Below, one piece after another: positions 27,933 through 37,413 of a stretch of DNA of 64,000 nucleotides (its first letter is position 1; every line of letters begins with the position of its first letter). The DNA lies in IMG/VR virus record IMGVR_UViG_3300042946_001496, one strand, 5' to 3'. The notes below the pieces were generated by a model, which was not told where the DNA came from, did no database searches, and worked only from the letters and a program-made list of their open reading frames with translations. Source of the stretch: a virus. Taxonomy: Duplodnaviria > Heunggongvirae > Uroviricota > Caudoviricetes. The translations under genes were made by a program, and so were the position numbers.

Positions 27933-28232
27933 TCAGTTAAGTTTAGCTTTAATGCACATTGGGTCAATTAAAACTTTATCTCTCTCGGTTCCATCATAGT
28001 TTGGAACAGGAGTAACCATGCCTGAAATTAACACTCTATCTCCGACAGCAAATCCATAGGTATCACTAACCAAGGGTCCAATTCCAACTACTATTCCTTG
28101 AAACTCTCTCATTGTTTTTGAGTTTTCACTAACAATAAGTTTTGTTCCAAGCATTTCTTGAGGAGTAAGCATTTCAAGCAATACTTGGTTTCCACAAGGT
28201 GTGCACTTTTTTACAGGGTCTAATTTAGTCAT
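27933..28232 (-). CDS. groES: GroES-like co-chaperonin (Cpn10)
   Basis: AGGAGA RBS; aligns to E. coli GroES blocks: GIVVGIGPL~GEVLAVGNG, FAVGDRVLISG~VKVGDIVIFND, DGTERDKVLIDPMCIKA~DNEEVLIMSESDILA; 99 aa. Confidence 0.65.
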   Translation of the reverse strand: MTKLDPVKKCTPCGNQVLLEMLTPQEMLGTKLIVSENSKTMREFQGIVVGIGPLVSDTYGFAVGDRVLISGMVTPVPNYDGTERDKVLIDPMCIKAKLN

Positions 28233-28318
28233 GTTTTCTCCTAACGGTTTAAGTTAATATAGTGTAAATTTTTATTTTCAAAACTATAATAAACATACAA
28301 AACAATATATAATTTTGT

Positions 28319-28687
28319 ATGTTAAAAAAATTAACAATAGAAAATTTTGACAATTTTGTCAAAAAAACAAGAAGAATAGCATTTGAAACGCCTTTTAAAC
28401 TTGCTAAAAAACTAAAACTAGCAAAATTAGCAACTGAGGAAGACATAGAGCAAATTATATCTTTTAAAGAAGTAAAATTATTAATACTTGACCAATATTC
28501 AAAAGAATATAATGATGAATATGTAATAATTGACAATGACTATGAAAACTGTTCACAGATACTAGAAAGTGTGATTAGTAGATTGGTTAATAATGAACTA
28601 AACAAAATGGCAAGTGACGGGGAACTTGAGTGTTATTTTGATAACGAAATTAATGATTTTCGCTTTCAAATGAAAAAAGATAATTAA
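28319..28687 (+). CDS. hypothetical protein
   Basis: ORF. Confidence 0.45.
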   Translation: MLKKLTIENFDNFVKKTRRIAFETPFKLAKKLKLAKLATEEDIEQIISFKEVKLLILDQYSKEYNDEYVIIDNDYENCSQILESVISRLVNNELNKMASDGELECYFDNEINDFRFQMKKDN

Positions 28688-29574
28688 TGGGATATAAAAT
28701 ACTTCGTAGAGTTGATAATAAAAATTATATTTGGAGACCATCAACAGATGTATATAAAATATACTTTGATGGAGTAACTCCAACTCCAGATTGTCCTGCT
28801 CCTTGGATGAGAATTCTTTTAAGCAATGGAGAAAAAATTCCTGCTGGTGATCTTAAGGTTGGAATGAAGGTTAGAACTTTTCATGAAAAAACAATGGAGC
28901 ATGGTGATTATGAAGTATCTTATGTAAAGATTTTACAAAGTAATAGACTGTCTTTAAAGTTTGATCATGTAGATTTTATTTGTTCTGAAAGTCATAAATT
29001 CTTTATAAACAATGATTGGATAAAAGCAAAAGATTTAATAATAGGAAGTGTTATTAGTGGGCACAAATTGGAATCTATTTCTGATTATGATTATGGAGAA
29101 ATAGTAAAAATAACAGTAGATGAAGCACACACTTATGTTTGTGAAGATTTATTCAGCCATAATAAAGAACCACCCCCACCAACACCAACGGCTACAATAC
29201 CACCAACACCAACGGCTACAATACCACCAACACCAACGGCTACAATACCACCAACACCAACGGCTACAATACCACCAACATCGACACCTACATCGACACC
29301 TACGCCAACGCCTACAGCTACTGTGATTTGCGGTACTAGTCGATGGCTTTGCATTAATGGAAGTCCACCCAGCGTGGTAGAATACTGTGATCCTGAAAGT
29401 GGAGCGGCTTGCTATGTATCTTATGATTCGAACAATGTTCCTATTGGTTTTGATACATGTGCTGATTGCGTATCTAATAGTCCTGGACCGGGTAATGTTT
29501 GTGGTCCTAATGAGGATCCTGGTGCTAATGAAAATGATCCATATTATGTGTTTTTCCCATGCGTTCCAAGATAA
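28687..29574 (+). CDS. Hint (intein-like) domain protein with Pro/Thr tandem-repeat linker and Cys-rich C-terminal domain
   Basis: Hint-like blocks IPAGDLKVGMKVRTF and GEIVKITVDEAHTYVCEDLFSHN; 4.5 copies of PPTPTATI; 12-Cys C-terminal domain. Confidence 0.55.
   Translation: MGYKILRRVDNKNYIWRPSTDVYKIYFDGVTPTPDCPAPWMRILLSNGEKIPAGDLKVGMKVRTFHEKTMEHGDYEVSYVKILQSNRLSLKFDHVDFICSESHKFFINNDWIKAKDLIIGSVISGHKLESISDYDYGEIVKITVDEAHTYVCEDLFSHNKEPPPPTPTATIPPTPTATIPPTPTATIPPTPTATIPPTSTPTSTPTPTPTATVICGTSRWLCINGSPPSVVEYCDPESGAACYVSYDSNNVPIGFDTCADCVSNSPGPGNVCGPNEDPGANENDPYYVFFPCVPR
29165..29283 (+). repeat. 24-nt tandem repeat (ccaccaacaccaacggctacaata) x about 4.5 inside the CDS
   Basis: Perfect copies are visible in the sequence. 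Confidence 0.9.
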
Positions 29575-29771
29575 AACATAATTAAAATTAAAAACAATAA
29601 ATAATAATAACACGGAGGTTATTATTATGGATATAATTACAATTATTTATGATTTAATACTTTGGCATAAAAAAAATAAAATTCATGCCAATAAAAAACA
29701 AAAAGAAATATTTGAGATAAAAGAATATAAACTTAAAAAGATAATTAATTTAATAAAAAGCGAACAATATC

Positions 29772-29815
29772 ACTAAAATAACAAGAGCCCTGGTGATTGT
29801 TTTCACCAGGGCTCT
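29772..29815. terminator. bidirectional intrinsic terminator between convergent genes
   Basis: caagagccctggtga..tcaccagggctcttg hairpin with U-rich tracts on both sides. Confidence 0.75.
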
Positions 29816-29824
29816 TGTTTTCTT

Positions 29825-30217
29825 TCACCAAGGAACATCTTTGATATCACCACCTGCTAATGCGGGTGTTTCATTCTCAGAAACTTCCTCTTCGCTATCT
29901 TCTCTTCTAACAGGATTTAACCTTAACTCTAATTCATTAACACCAACAAAATGTTTTTGACGCTTCTTGCCAGTGTCTTTATCTTCCCATTCATTTTCCA
30001 ACAATCTTCCGGTGATAAAGACTTTTTTGCCACGCTTTAGGTAATCTACTGCACGGGTAGGATTCCACCATTCGCAGTCTATGTAGGTGGTTCGTTTTTC
30101 TCCGTTACTGACGCACAGGCGGAACTTTGCCAGTACGCTGTCTCCTATTGGCTTTGTGACGCAATCCCCGGCTAGATTTCCCTCTAGGCATAGGTTGTTA
30201 ATGTCTCTTGACTTCAT
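29825..30217 (-). CDS. ssb: single-stranded DNA-binding protein
   Basis: OB-fold blocks YLKRGKKVFITGRLLENEWEDKDTGKKRQKHFVGVN match E. coli SSB [34 protein letters not shown]; acidic C-terminal tail DIKDVPW resembles DDDIPF; AAGGAG RBS. Confidence 0.85.
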   Translation of the reverse strand: MKSRDINNLCLEGNLAGDCVTKPIGDSVLAKFRLCVSNGEKRTTYIDCEWWNPTRAVDYLKRGKKVFITGRLLENEWEDKDTGKKRQKHFVGVNELELRLNPVRREDSEEEVSENETPALAGGDIKDVPW

Positions 30218-30328
30218 TTAATATCTCCTTTTAAAAAGAATCACTACATCAATGTAGCAAAATATTTGATAGAATCAACAGTTGAAATAAAAATTATTTT
30301 ACTTTATACTTTGCTTTGGAGGTTTAAA

Positions 30329-30859
30329 ATGACACTAATAGTAAATTTTTTTGGTGGTCCAGGTTGCGGCAAAAGCACCATTGCTGCTGGTGTTTTTTAT
30401 CAACTAAAAAGAAAAATGTTTAATGCAGAGCTTGTCACAGAGTTTGCCAAAGATCTTGTTTGGGAAAAAAGAAAAAGTGCTTTAGATTGTCAACCTTATG
30501 TTTTTGGAAAACAGCTTCATAAAATAGAAAGACTAATAAATCAAACAGACGTTATTGTTACAGATTCTCCAATACTTTTAAGTGTAATTTATAACAAAAA
30601 ATATCCGGAATCTTTCACAAACTCTGTTGTTGAAATTTTCAATAATATGAATAATCTAAGCTATTTCATTGATAGAAACGAAGATAAATACGATAGTATT
30701 GGTAGAGAGCAAACAGTAGAAGAAGCAGTTGAAATAGACAATAAAATCAAAAGCTTTTTAAATTATAAAAATATAAAATATCAAAATATAATTAAGCATT
30801 ATGATAATATCGATAAGGTCATCAGTGATATAGAAAACGAAAATCCTATCGCTTATTGA
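30329..30859 (+). CDS. P-loop NTPase / nucleotide or polynucleotide kinase-like protein
   Basis: GGAGG RBS; Walker A FFGGPGCGKST; VIVTDSP Walker-B-like; start moved to the internal ATG. Confidence 0.55.
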   Translation: MTLIVNFFGGPGCGKSTIAAGVFYQLKRKMFNAELVTEFAKDLVWEKRKSALDCQPYVFGKQLHKIERLINQTDVIVTDSPILLSVIYNKKYPESFTNSVVEIFNNMNNLSYFIDRNEDKYDSIGREQTVEEAVEIDNKIKSFLNYKNIKYQNIIKHYDNIDKVISDIENENPIAY

Positions 30860-30872
30860 TATATAAATTCAT

Positions 30873-31322
30873 ATGAAAACATTCAATAAATGGCTAGAAA
30901 ATTTATCACAAGGCTGGGAGCTTTTTCACGGATCAAATAGCGAAGAGTTTGTTGGTCAAATTAGAGCTAACGAGCGTGATAGTGGTTGGTTTGGTTCCGG
31001 GTTTTATCTTAGTGCAATACCATCTTATGCTAAACGATGGGGTAAAAATGTGCACAAAATGATTGTTCCTTTCGGAAAATTTGCAAAGATTCAAGTAATT
31101 GGAAATTATAAAGAAATATTATTTGGAGACGCTGAATTTGCTAATCAAGAAGCTGGAGGGCAGGAAGCGTTTAATGATAATGAACATCTTTGGTCTAAAA
31201 AATTCACCGAAGCACTAAAAAAACAAGGATATGATGGAGTTAGAGTTGATTTTGATGAACATAAAGACGTAGAAGTAGTAATCTTTGATCCTTCAAAAAT
31301 ACAAGTGCTTGGAAAAATTTAA
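30873..31322 (+). CDS. hypothetical protein with MKTFNKWL leader; possible ADP-ribosyltransferase-like fold (weak)
   Basis: LFHGSN..GSGFYLS..E pattern is only suggestive. Confidence 0.45.
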   Translation: MKTFNKWLENLSQGWELFHGSNSEEFVGQIRANERDSGWFGSGFYLSAIPSYAKRWGKNVHKMIVPFGKFAKIQVIGNYKEILFGDAEFANQEAGGQEAFNDNEHLWSKKFTEALKKQGYDGVRVDFDEHKDVEVVIFDPSKIQVLGKI

Positions 31323-31408
31323 AACTTTCTGCTTGTCATACAATCTTTTTTATGCTATGTTTTTCGACGGAAGTTCTCCATTGTGATATTTCTATCGAAA
31401 GGGCAAAC

Positions 31409-32716
31409 ATGAAATGGCTTAATGAAAATTGGCTTAAAATATTTATGCTAATTCTTCTTGTGTTCGGGTACTCGCTAGCCTCTAATCAATATTTTTTACA
31501 GCGACAAAAAGCAGACACCTCCGTTGCTTTAGAAAATTTTCAAGAAAACAAAACACCTGAAAGAAATATCTCCAATCTAGAAAGTGGTGGATATATTTTT
31601 GGTTGGATGGTTGTGGGTCTAATTTCTTTTCTTACACTGAAAGGTTCTATTAAATTGAGTAATTCAACAAAAGTTGCCGGCATTGTTCTTCTTGCTTTAA
31701 GCACAACTGGCTGTGGACTCATAAAACCGTTTAAGCCTGTTAAACTTGAAGCTATTGAGAGTCATGAAGTAGCATTTCTGATTCCTTATCTCCAAGATGG
31801 AACAACTCAAGAAAGCTCAAAAAACGAAGAATTCTATAAGCAGCGACTTGTTTTTGCACAGCAAGTTCAAATTCCCCAGCAATGGGTTCAACAAGGTTAT
31901 GAATTTATCGGCTATAATGGTCAATGGCGAGATGCTGCTGTATTAATTAAGGTGGACACACAACCAGTGACGAGAGAATGGACTGCTGATCCTAATAGCG
32001 GTACTAGCGACAGAAATGAAGCTATTTGGGTTATGACGAGTGACCAAGTAGAATTTTCAACTGGCTGGAATGTTACTGCTAGAATTAAAGATCGTGATGA
32101 TTCTGTTAAATTCCTGTCTAACTATCCTAATGGTAGTTTGCAAAAAGTTCTAGATCAAGAAGTTCATGCTAAATTGCAAACCACGTTTGCCCTTGCTGTA
32201 ACTGATCTTCCAATGGATACTCTGAGAAAGGCAGCAACTCCAGTTATTGAGAAAACCTCTAAAGAGGTTATTGATTTCTTTGAGAAAAGAGGAGTAACTA
32301 TTACCAATCTTGGTATCACCGGCGGATTTGTCTATAAAGATAAGACAATTATGGACACTCTTGTGAAGGTATTTAATGCTGAACAAGATAAAAACATCGC
32401 CGCTGCCGCTACTGCTGCACAGGAAGAAAAGAACAAGAAAATTCTTTTAGAGGCTAGTGGTAAAGCCGACGCTCTTCTTAAGGAGAAAAAAGCGGAAGCT
32501 GATGGTATCAAAGCTATTGCTGAGGCAAAGTTTTATGAGCTTGAGAAGGCAAAGCAGAATCTACAAGATTATGTATCACTTAAGAACCTTGAATTGACTA
32601 AGGAACTTATCAATAAGTGGGATGGTAATTTTCCAGAATACTATATGGGTAGTGGTGGGGATCATCCCAACACTCTCTTGCAACTGCCCGCATTTGGAAC
32701 TCAAAAGAAAGAGTGA
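31409..32716 (+). CDS. membrane protein, possible SPFH/band-7 (flotillin-like) family
   Basis: N-terminal TM helices; C-terminal Ala/Glu/Lys coiled region (AEADGIKAIAEAKFYELEKAK). Confidence 0.4.
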   Translation: MKWLNENWLKIFMLILLVFGYSLASNQYFLQRQKADTSVALENFQENKTPERNISNLESGGYIFGWMVVGLISFLTLKGSIKLSNSTKVAGIVLLALSTTGCGLIKPFKPVKLEAIESHEVAFLIPYLQDGTTQESSKNEEFYKQRLVFAQQVQIPQQWVQQGYEFIGYNGQWRDAAVLIKVDTQPVTREWTADPNSGTSDRNEAIWVMTSDQVEFSTGWNVTARIKDRDDSVKFLSNYPNGSLQKVLDQEVHAKLQTTFALAVTDLPMDTLRKAATPVIEKTSKEVIDFFEKRGVTITNLGITGGFVYKDKTIMDTLVKVFNAEQDKNIAAAATAAQEEKNKKILLEASGKADALLKEKKAEADGIKAIAEAKFYELEKAKQNLQDYVSLKNLELTKELINKWDGNFPEYYMGSGGDHPNTLLQLPAFGTQKKE

Positions 32717-32726
32717 ATAAATATTG

Positions 32727-32762
32727 ACTTCGCCGCCCATACCAAATAGTATGGGCGGCGAA
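32727..32762 (+). terminator. strong GC hairpin (terminator-like, no T tract)
   Basis: cttcgccgcccata..tatgggcggcgaag. Confidence 0.35.
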
Positions 32763-32786
32763 GCCACCTATTAAAGAGAGATTTTT

Positions 32787-33536
32787 ATGTTTAAATTTCT
32801 TGGACCAAGATTTAGAGTTAATTACTGGAGCTGCTCTAAGCTGGCTGATAGAGTCAGAGGAACAAACAAACCAGAAGTAGGATTAACTCATGAGGGTTGG
32901 CAGGAGTGGCGTAATAACGCCAAAGCGAAACATCCTGTTAGGTTTTATATTGCAGAAGAACTACTGGACAATATTCAAGATTTTTTTTGTTTTCCCAAAG
33001 ATGTTTATAGGGCAATAAGAAATTATATTAACAACAGATATATTCATAAAACTCATTATCTAAAAACAGGGTTAAAACCTGGTAATTTTTATGAATTTGA
33101 TACTCGAATGTTACATGGACTATTCAACGAATTAGTTGATTTTGTTGAAATAGAAAAAGCCCATATGTGTTTAATCACAAATGATGATGAATCAAAGAAA
33201 TATAAATTTAAAAAAGAAAGATGTATAGAAGCAGGCTTGGACTATCTTGATTGGGAGTCGAAGCTCACATATAAAGATGAGCCTACGCCGCAAGCTGAAT
33301 CGGCTATAAAAATACTTAAGCTTTATAATTGGTGGAAAAACAGAATAAATCGACCCGATCCGATGGATGAAAGCGGCTGGAGCGAATACTGTGACAGCAC
33401 GGAGTATGAATCAAAAATAAACGATGAAGGAAGAGAAAAATTAAACAAATTGAATGAATTAGAAGAAAAATACGACCAAGAAGATGAAGATATGATGATT
33501 GAATTAATTAAAATCAGAAGAAGTTTGTGGACTTGA
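32787..33536 (+). CDS. hypothetical protein (MFKFL leader-like N-terminus)
   Basis: ORF; acidic C-terminus. Confidence 0.5.
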   Translation: MFKFLGPRFRVNYWSCSKLADRVRGTNKPEVGLTHEGWQEWRNNAKAKHPVRFYIAEELLDNIQDFFCFPKDVYRAIRNYINNRYIHKTHYLKTGLKPGNFYEFDTRMLHGLFNELVDFVEIEKAHMCLITNDDESKKYKFKKERCIEAGLDYLDWESKLTYKDEPTPQAESAIKILKLYNWWKNRINRPDPMDESGWSEYCDSTEYESKINDEGREKLNKLNELEEKYDQEDEDMMIELIKIRRSLWT

Positions 33537-33552
33537 AAACAGGAGAGTATAT

Positions 33553-33684
33553 ATGAACGGAAAAGGTTGCAAGCCAAGAAAAAGATTTGTAAATCAAAAA
33601 ACTTGGAGTGAAAATTGGGATAAGATTTTTAAGAAGGCTAAAGATGGAAAATCAATCAAAAATAATAATAAAAACAAAAGATGA
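33553..33684 (+). CDS. small basic protein (43 aa)
   Basis: Strong AGGAGAG RBS; MNGKGCKPRKRF...; overlaps the alternative-frame ORF 33608-33817. Confidence 0.35.
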   Translation: MNGKGCKPRKRFVNQKTWSENWDKIFKKAKDGKSIKNNNKNKR

Positions 33685-33944
33685 AAATGGTTGTGAGGTC
33701 AATGGTGAAGGATATATCATAAAACAGTTAAATAAAAAAACATTTGAAGTATGGAGTGAAAACCTCAATTCAGTCATAATAATTGCTGGTAGGGACTTTT
33801 CTTTTTCAGAAAATTAAAAGACCGATTCTTTCGAGAAAAAATCTAATAGCGTACCCAGACATTAACATAATCATAACTATAAAGATTAAAAATATTTCAA
33901 AAGAATGATTTTCTTTATTTTCTTGCAATGGACTCCTTGGTGAA

Positions 33945-34151
33945 CTATTTTGGTTTTTTATTGCCAATCAATATATTTCCAAAATAAGAATAATACCACT
34001 CTTTGTTTTTATCTTTATATCTTTCGCTTAATGTATATTGATGTATACTTTTTTTACCTGCCGCTATGAATGTGGGAATAGGATCCTTTTCATTAATTTC
34101 TACAATTTCGCCATCATAAGGACCGCCAACTAATTCTGCTTTATTTTGCAT
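33945..34151 (-). CDS. hypothetical protein
   Basis: Minus-strand ORF inside the minus-strand block. Confidence 0.4.
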   Translation of the reverse strand: MQNKAELVGGPYDGEIVEINEKDPIPTFIAAGKKSIHQYTLSERYKDKNKEWYYSYFGNILIGNKKPK

Positions 34152-34206
34152 AGTATAAATATATACTCATGAAATGAAATATATATTCACAGTAAGATTA
34201 TCTAAT

Positions 34207-34665
34207 CTAGTGCCAAGTAACATTTATTATACGATTGGCTGGTATATCTTCCATGATTACAAATGTTTTTGTTAAATCTATGAATTCCTCAACTAGATTT
34301 CCATCATATAGTTCTTCATAATCATATTCTTCTTCTTTAAATTTTTCTTGAACATTTGATTTTTTTTCAAAATAAAATCCATTTTCATCAATTATTGCTC
34401 CATGATCAATCAAGCTTCCTAAATCTGCACCTTTTTTAAGACCCTTAACATTAATTGTTAATTGAACACCCTCTTTATAAGAGGTTTTTGATAAACTTAA
34501 AAATATTGGCACGATTCCATAAGCTCTTTTTAACCAATCATTGGATCCCTTTGTATAAAAAGATTTTTGGTTTATTTTTAATCCTTTCTGTTTTATCTCT
34601 TCGTAATTTTCAACATTTGTTGTGTGAAAGCCTATATCTTTTAATAAATATTGTTTGAAATTCAT
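34207..34665 (-). CDS. hypothetical protein with MNFKQYL leader
   Basis: Minus-strand ORF. Confidence 0.5.
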   Translation of the reverse strand: MNFKQYLLKDIGFHTTNVENYEEIKQKGLKINQKSFYTKGSNDWLKRAYGIVPIFLSLSKTSYKEGVQLTINVKGLKKGADLGSLIDHGAIIDENGFYFEKKSNVQEKFKEEEYDYEELYDGNLVEEFIDLTKTFVIMEDIPANRIINVTWH

Positions 34666-34673
34666 TTTTAACC

Positions 34674-35105
34674 TTACTTTACGTTACCAATAGTAATATG
34701 GTATTCATTTCTTTTAACTCCACCAAAAAGAGAATCATCTCTATATCTCTGTAGACCCAACTCTTCTCTTATATCACCTATATCTTCACTGTAGGCGTTT
34801 ATCCAAAAATATTTATCGTCTCTTTGAACGTCTGTGTCATACTCGAAAGATATTTTTTTCCCTTCATGTTTTCCCCAATTTTCCATTTTAGTTGGCTGTT
34901 CTTTTTTTAACCTAACTATGGTTATATGAGCAGGATACATTTGCGGCTTTACATTATAATATTTTGGAATTAAACTTCGATAATAGTTACTTATATTTTG
35001 ATCTATATTTGCAACAACCTTAATCCCAGGACCGTATTTTACAATAGCGGTTCCTTGAAATTTATATTCTTCAAACAGCCTCATCCAATCAAGAAAATTT
35101 TGCAT
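34674..35105 (-). CDS. 2H phosphoesterase superfamily protein (LigT / cyclic phosphodiesterase-like)
   Basis: Two H-x-T-x motifs (AHITIVRL and YHITIGNV) about 80 residues apart in a 143-aa protein. Confidence 0.6.
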   Translation of the reverse strand: MQNFLDWMRLFEEYKFQGTAIVKYGPGIKVVANIDQNISNYYRSLIPKYYNVKPQMYPAHITIVRLKKEQPTKMENWGKHEGKKISFEYDTDVQRDDKYFWINAYSEDIGDIREELGLQRYRDDSLFGGVKRNEYHITIGNVK

Positions 35106-35119
35106 ATAATATATAATAT

Positions 35120-35713
35120 ATGAGAAATATTTTCTTTTATTTTCTTTTCTTTTTATTAATTCCTTTGTTTTTATTTTATCTGTTGCTCTGTCTAACTTTA
35201 CCTTTGATCAAAATTGGGAAAAAAAATAAAGAAAAAGAAGAAGTTGAGATTTACATTGTAAAAGACTTTATTCATTCTGACTTTGTGTTTAAAAGCGAAG
35301 ACATTAAAGACATTTTTAAGAGTAATGAAAAATATTTAAAGATTGGATGGGGCGATAGGAAAATATTTCTTGAAACAAAAAGTTGGAGTGAACTTAAAGT
35401 AGAAAACTTTTTAAAGGCTTTTTTTGGATTAACCAAAACTGTTCTTAGGGCAGAAGACTTAAAAGAATTACCTGAAAAGTATAAAACATTAAAAATAAGC
35501 AAAAAACAACTCGAAATACTAAAAAAATATATTAAAAACTCACACACTAATATTAAAATTGAAAAAAAAGAAGACTATTATCAATTTGGCTCTTATTATG
35601 AATCAAAACTATATTACAATTGTTTGGCTACTTGTAATAATTGGACAAATACAGGCATGAAAAAAATGAAAATTAGTAATAGAATTTGGTGTCCAATTTC
35701 ATTATATATCTGA
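35120..35713 (+). CDS. hypothetical membrane-anchored protein
   Basis: Low-complexity hydrophobic N-terminus. Confidence 0.4.
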   Translation: MRNIFFYFLFFLLIPLFLFYLLLCLTLPLIKIGKKNKEKEEVEIYIVKDFIHSDFVFKSEDIKDIFKSNEKYLKIGWGDRKIFLETKSWSELKVENFLKAFFGLTKTVLRAEDLKELPEKYKTLKISKKQLEILKKYIKNSHTNIKIEKKEDYYQFGSYYESKLYYNCLATCNNWTNTGMKKMKISNRIWCPISLYI

Positions 35714-35714
35714 T

Positions 35715-36224
35715 ATGTTAAAGTTTAAAATTTGGGTAGAATATAACGATACTATACAAGAAATTAATTCTATATTACATGAATATAGTGCATTAATCCC
35801 AAGATTGGAACTAAAATTTAATAATCTCGATAAATTAGAAGAAATAATAAAAGGCGGTTATGCAAAGGAAGTTTCAATACAAAGCAGACACGGAAGAAGA
35901 ATAGCTGAACCGGCAGCAATTGTTTTTAATAAAATAAGACATTTATTTACAAATTATGATGAAATAAGAGATAGATTAAATAAACATGTTCAACTTGGAG
36001 ACATACCAATTTGCGAAGAACTTGAAATGCTTGAAAGTATTTACTCTCAAATGAAAAAATTGGTAATAATGATAATAAACAGTATAAATTATCCTTTTAA
36101 CGTATATGATAATGTAACAATAAGAAAAAAAGACGAAATTGCAAGAGCTGCAATGAAGTATTTTAACAGAGAATCATCAAACATAGATGCTTCTCGCAAG
36201 AAATATTGCTTACAAGAAAGTTGA
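35715..36224 (+). CDS. hypothetical protein (MLKFKIWV leader-like)
   Basis: ORF. Confidence 0.45.
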   Translation: MLKFKIWVEYNDTIQEINSILHEYSALIPRLELKFNNLDKLEEIIKGGYAKEVSIQSRHGRRIAEPAAIVFNKIRHLFTNYDEIRDRLNKHVQLGDIPICEELEMLESIYSQMKKLVIMIINSINYPFNVYDNVTIRKKDEIARAAMKYFNRESSNIDASRKKYCLQES

Positions 36225-36228
36225 AATT

Positions 36229-37413
36229 ATGAACAAAATAACAGGCGAATATTGGATAATAGATGGAAGGGCTGATTTTGCTGATGGTGATGTTGGAGAT
36301 AAGAATCACGAAATGATAGCAATAGAGCATATTTGTTCTAAATATTTAGATCAAATTTATGATTGTGCCAAAGAGTTGAATTTAAATATACCTAGTTTAC
36401 ACTCAATGGAAGATGAATCCGTAGAATCTGCTCATTCTTTATTATCTTTGATTTTTGAAAAACTAAAGTCTTGGGAAATGGTACAAAAAGAATGTAATAT
36501 TGATATTGAAACGCTTAAAATAATAACAAGTAATAATAGTGATCCTAGACTTTATGTCATGAAAAGAGAAAATTGGATTGCTGTAAGAAATAATAATATA
36601 GAGCTATACAGCTTAGATCAAAAAAAATTAAAAGAATTAGGTTCTGGGCTTGATGATATTGTTGAACAGGAGTTCATGGGGGATGACATTAATGATGAAG
36701 AATTAGAATTTAATCTTTATGATCATAAAAATAACAAAAGCATATATTTAACACTTCAAGATATAAAAGAAAAAAGTGCGTTTAGACCTCAAACAGCACC
36801 CCAAACCACATACAATAGACTTGCTTTACCTGCTGCTAAAGGAAAAATGTATGGAAGAGAATTGTGGAGAGGAACAAGCGAAAGTTTTAAAAACTGGTTA
36901 AGCTTAGTCGAGAATATTCAATTGAACGAAAGCAAACACATGCAGAATAATAGTGCCGCATGTGAGCATTGCAAGAAAAGTTTAAAAGTTGTCGACATTA
37001 TTATTGGGAGACACATGTTTCCTATCGGGCAACTTTTTGAATGCGTTTGCAAAAAATCAAAAGTTTTTACCAATACTATACGAAACATTGAAAACTTATT
37101 GGAATATATTGATGGAAACAGATCAAGTTACTATAATGGTTTTTGCAATGATAGAAAGTGCGGATATTGTTTTAATTATTTAACACCTCTACTTAATGGT
37201 GTAGATGTTTCAAAAGACATGGAACTAAGCACACATGATACGAGAGCAGATAGATATGGTTGTTTAAAATGTCCTGAAAATCAAAATATACTAATAGTAG
37301 GGCAGGCTTTTTTACCAGAAGGAGATAAAACAAGTAACCATTTCATAGAGTTTTATACTAAAAACAAAGATAAAGTTGAAGCTTTGTACAAGAAATTAAA
37401 AGGAGAGACATGA
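36229..37413 (+). CDS. hypothetical Cys-rich protein (394 aa)
   Basis: Internal ATG taken as the start; several CxxC pairs in the C-terminal half. Confidence 0.5.
   Translation: MNKITGEYWIIDGRADFADGDVGDKNHEMIAIEHICSKYLDQIYDCAKELNLNIPSLHSMEDESVESAHSLLSLIFEKLKSWEMVQKECNIDIETLKIITSNNSDPRLYVMKRENWIAVRNNNIELYSLDQKKLKELGSGLDDIVEQEFMGDDINDEELEFNLYDHKNNKSIYLTLQDIKEKSAFRPQTAPQTTYNRLALPAAKGKMYGRELWRGTSESFKNWLSLVENIQLNESKHMQNNSAACEHCKKSLKVVDIIIGRHMFPIGQLFECVCKKSKVFTNTIRNIENLLEYIDGNRSSYYNGFCNDRKCGYCFNYLTPLLNGVDVSKDMELSTHDTRADRYGCLKCPENQNILIVGQAFLPEGDKTSNHFIEFYTKNKDKVEALYKKLKGET

Noticed and set aside
28687-29200. True intein (protein splicing element) in the 28687 ORF
   Set aside because: The Hint-like domain is at the very N-terminus with no N-extein and no host protein context. 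It is more likely a bacterial intein-like (BIL) or autoprocessing domain.
29120-29354. ORFs in alternative frames across the PT-repeat (His/Gln-rich 29120-29326; Gly/Val-rich minus strand 29133-29354)
   Set aside because: These are artefacts of the 24-nt tandem repeat; the long plus-strand frame (28687-29574) is continuous and has the domain structure.
32727-32762. Intrinsic terminator after the 31409 gene
   Set aside because: This is a strong GC hairpin but has no downstream U tract. It is kept only as a low-confidence feature and may be an RNA stability element instead.
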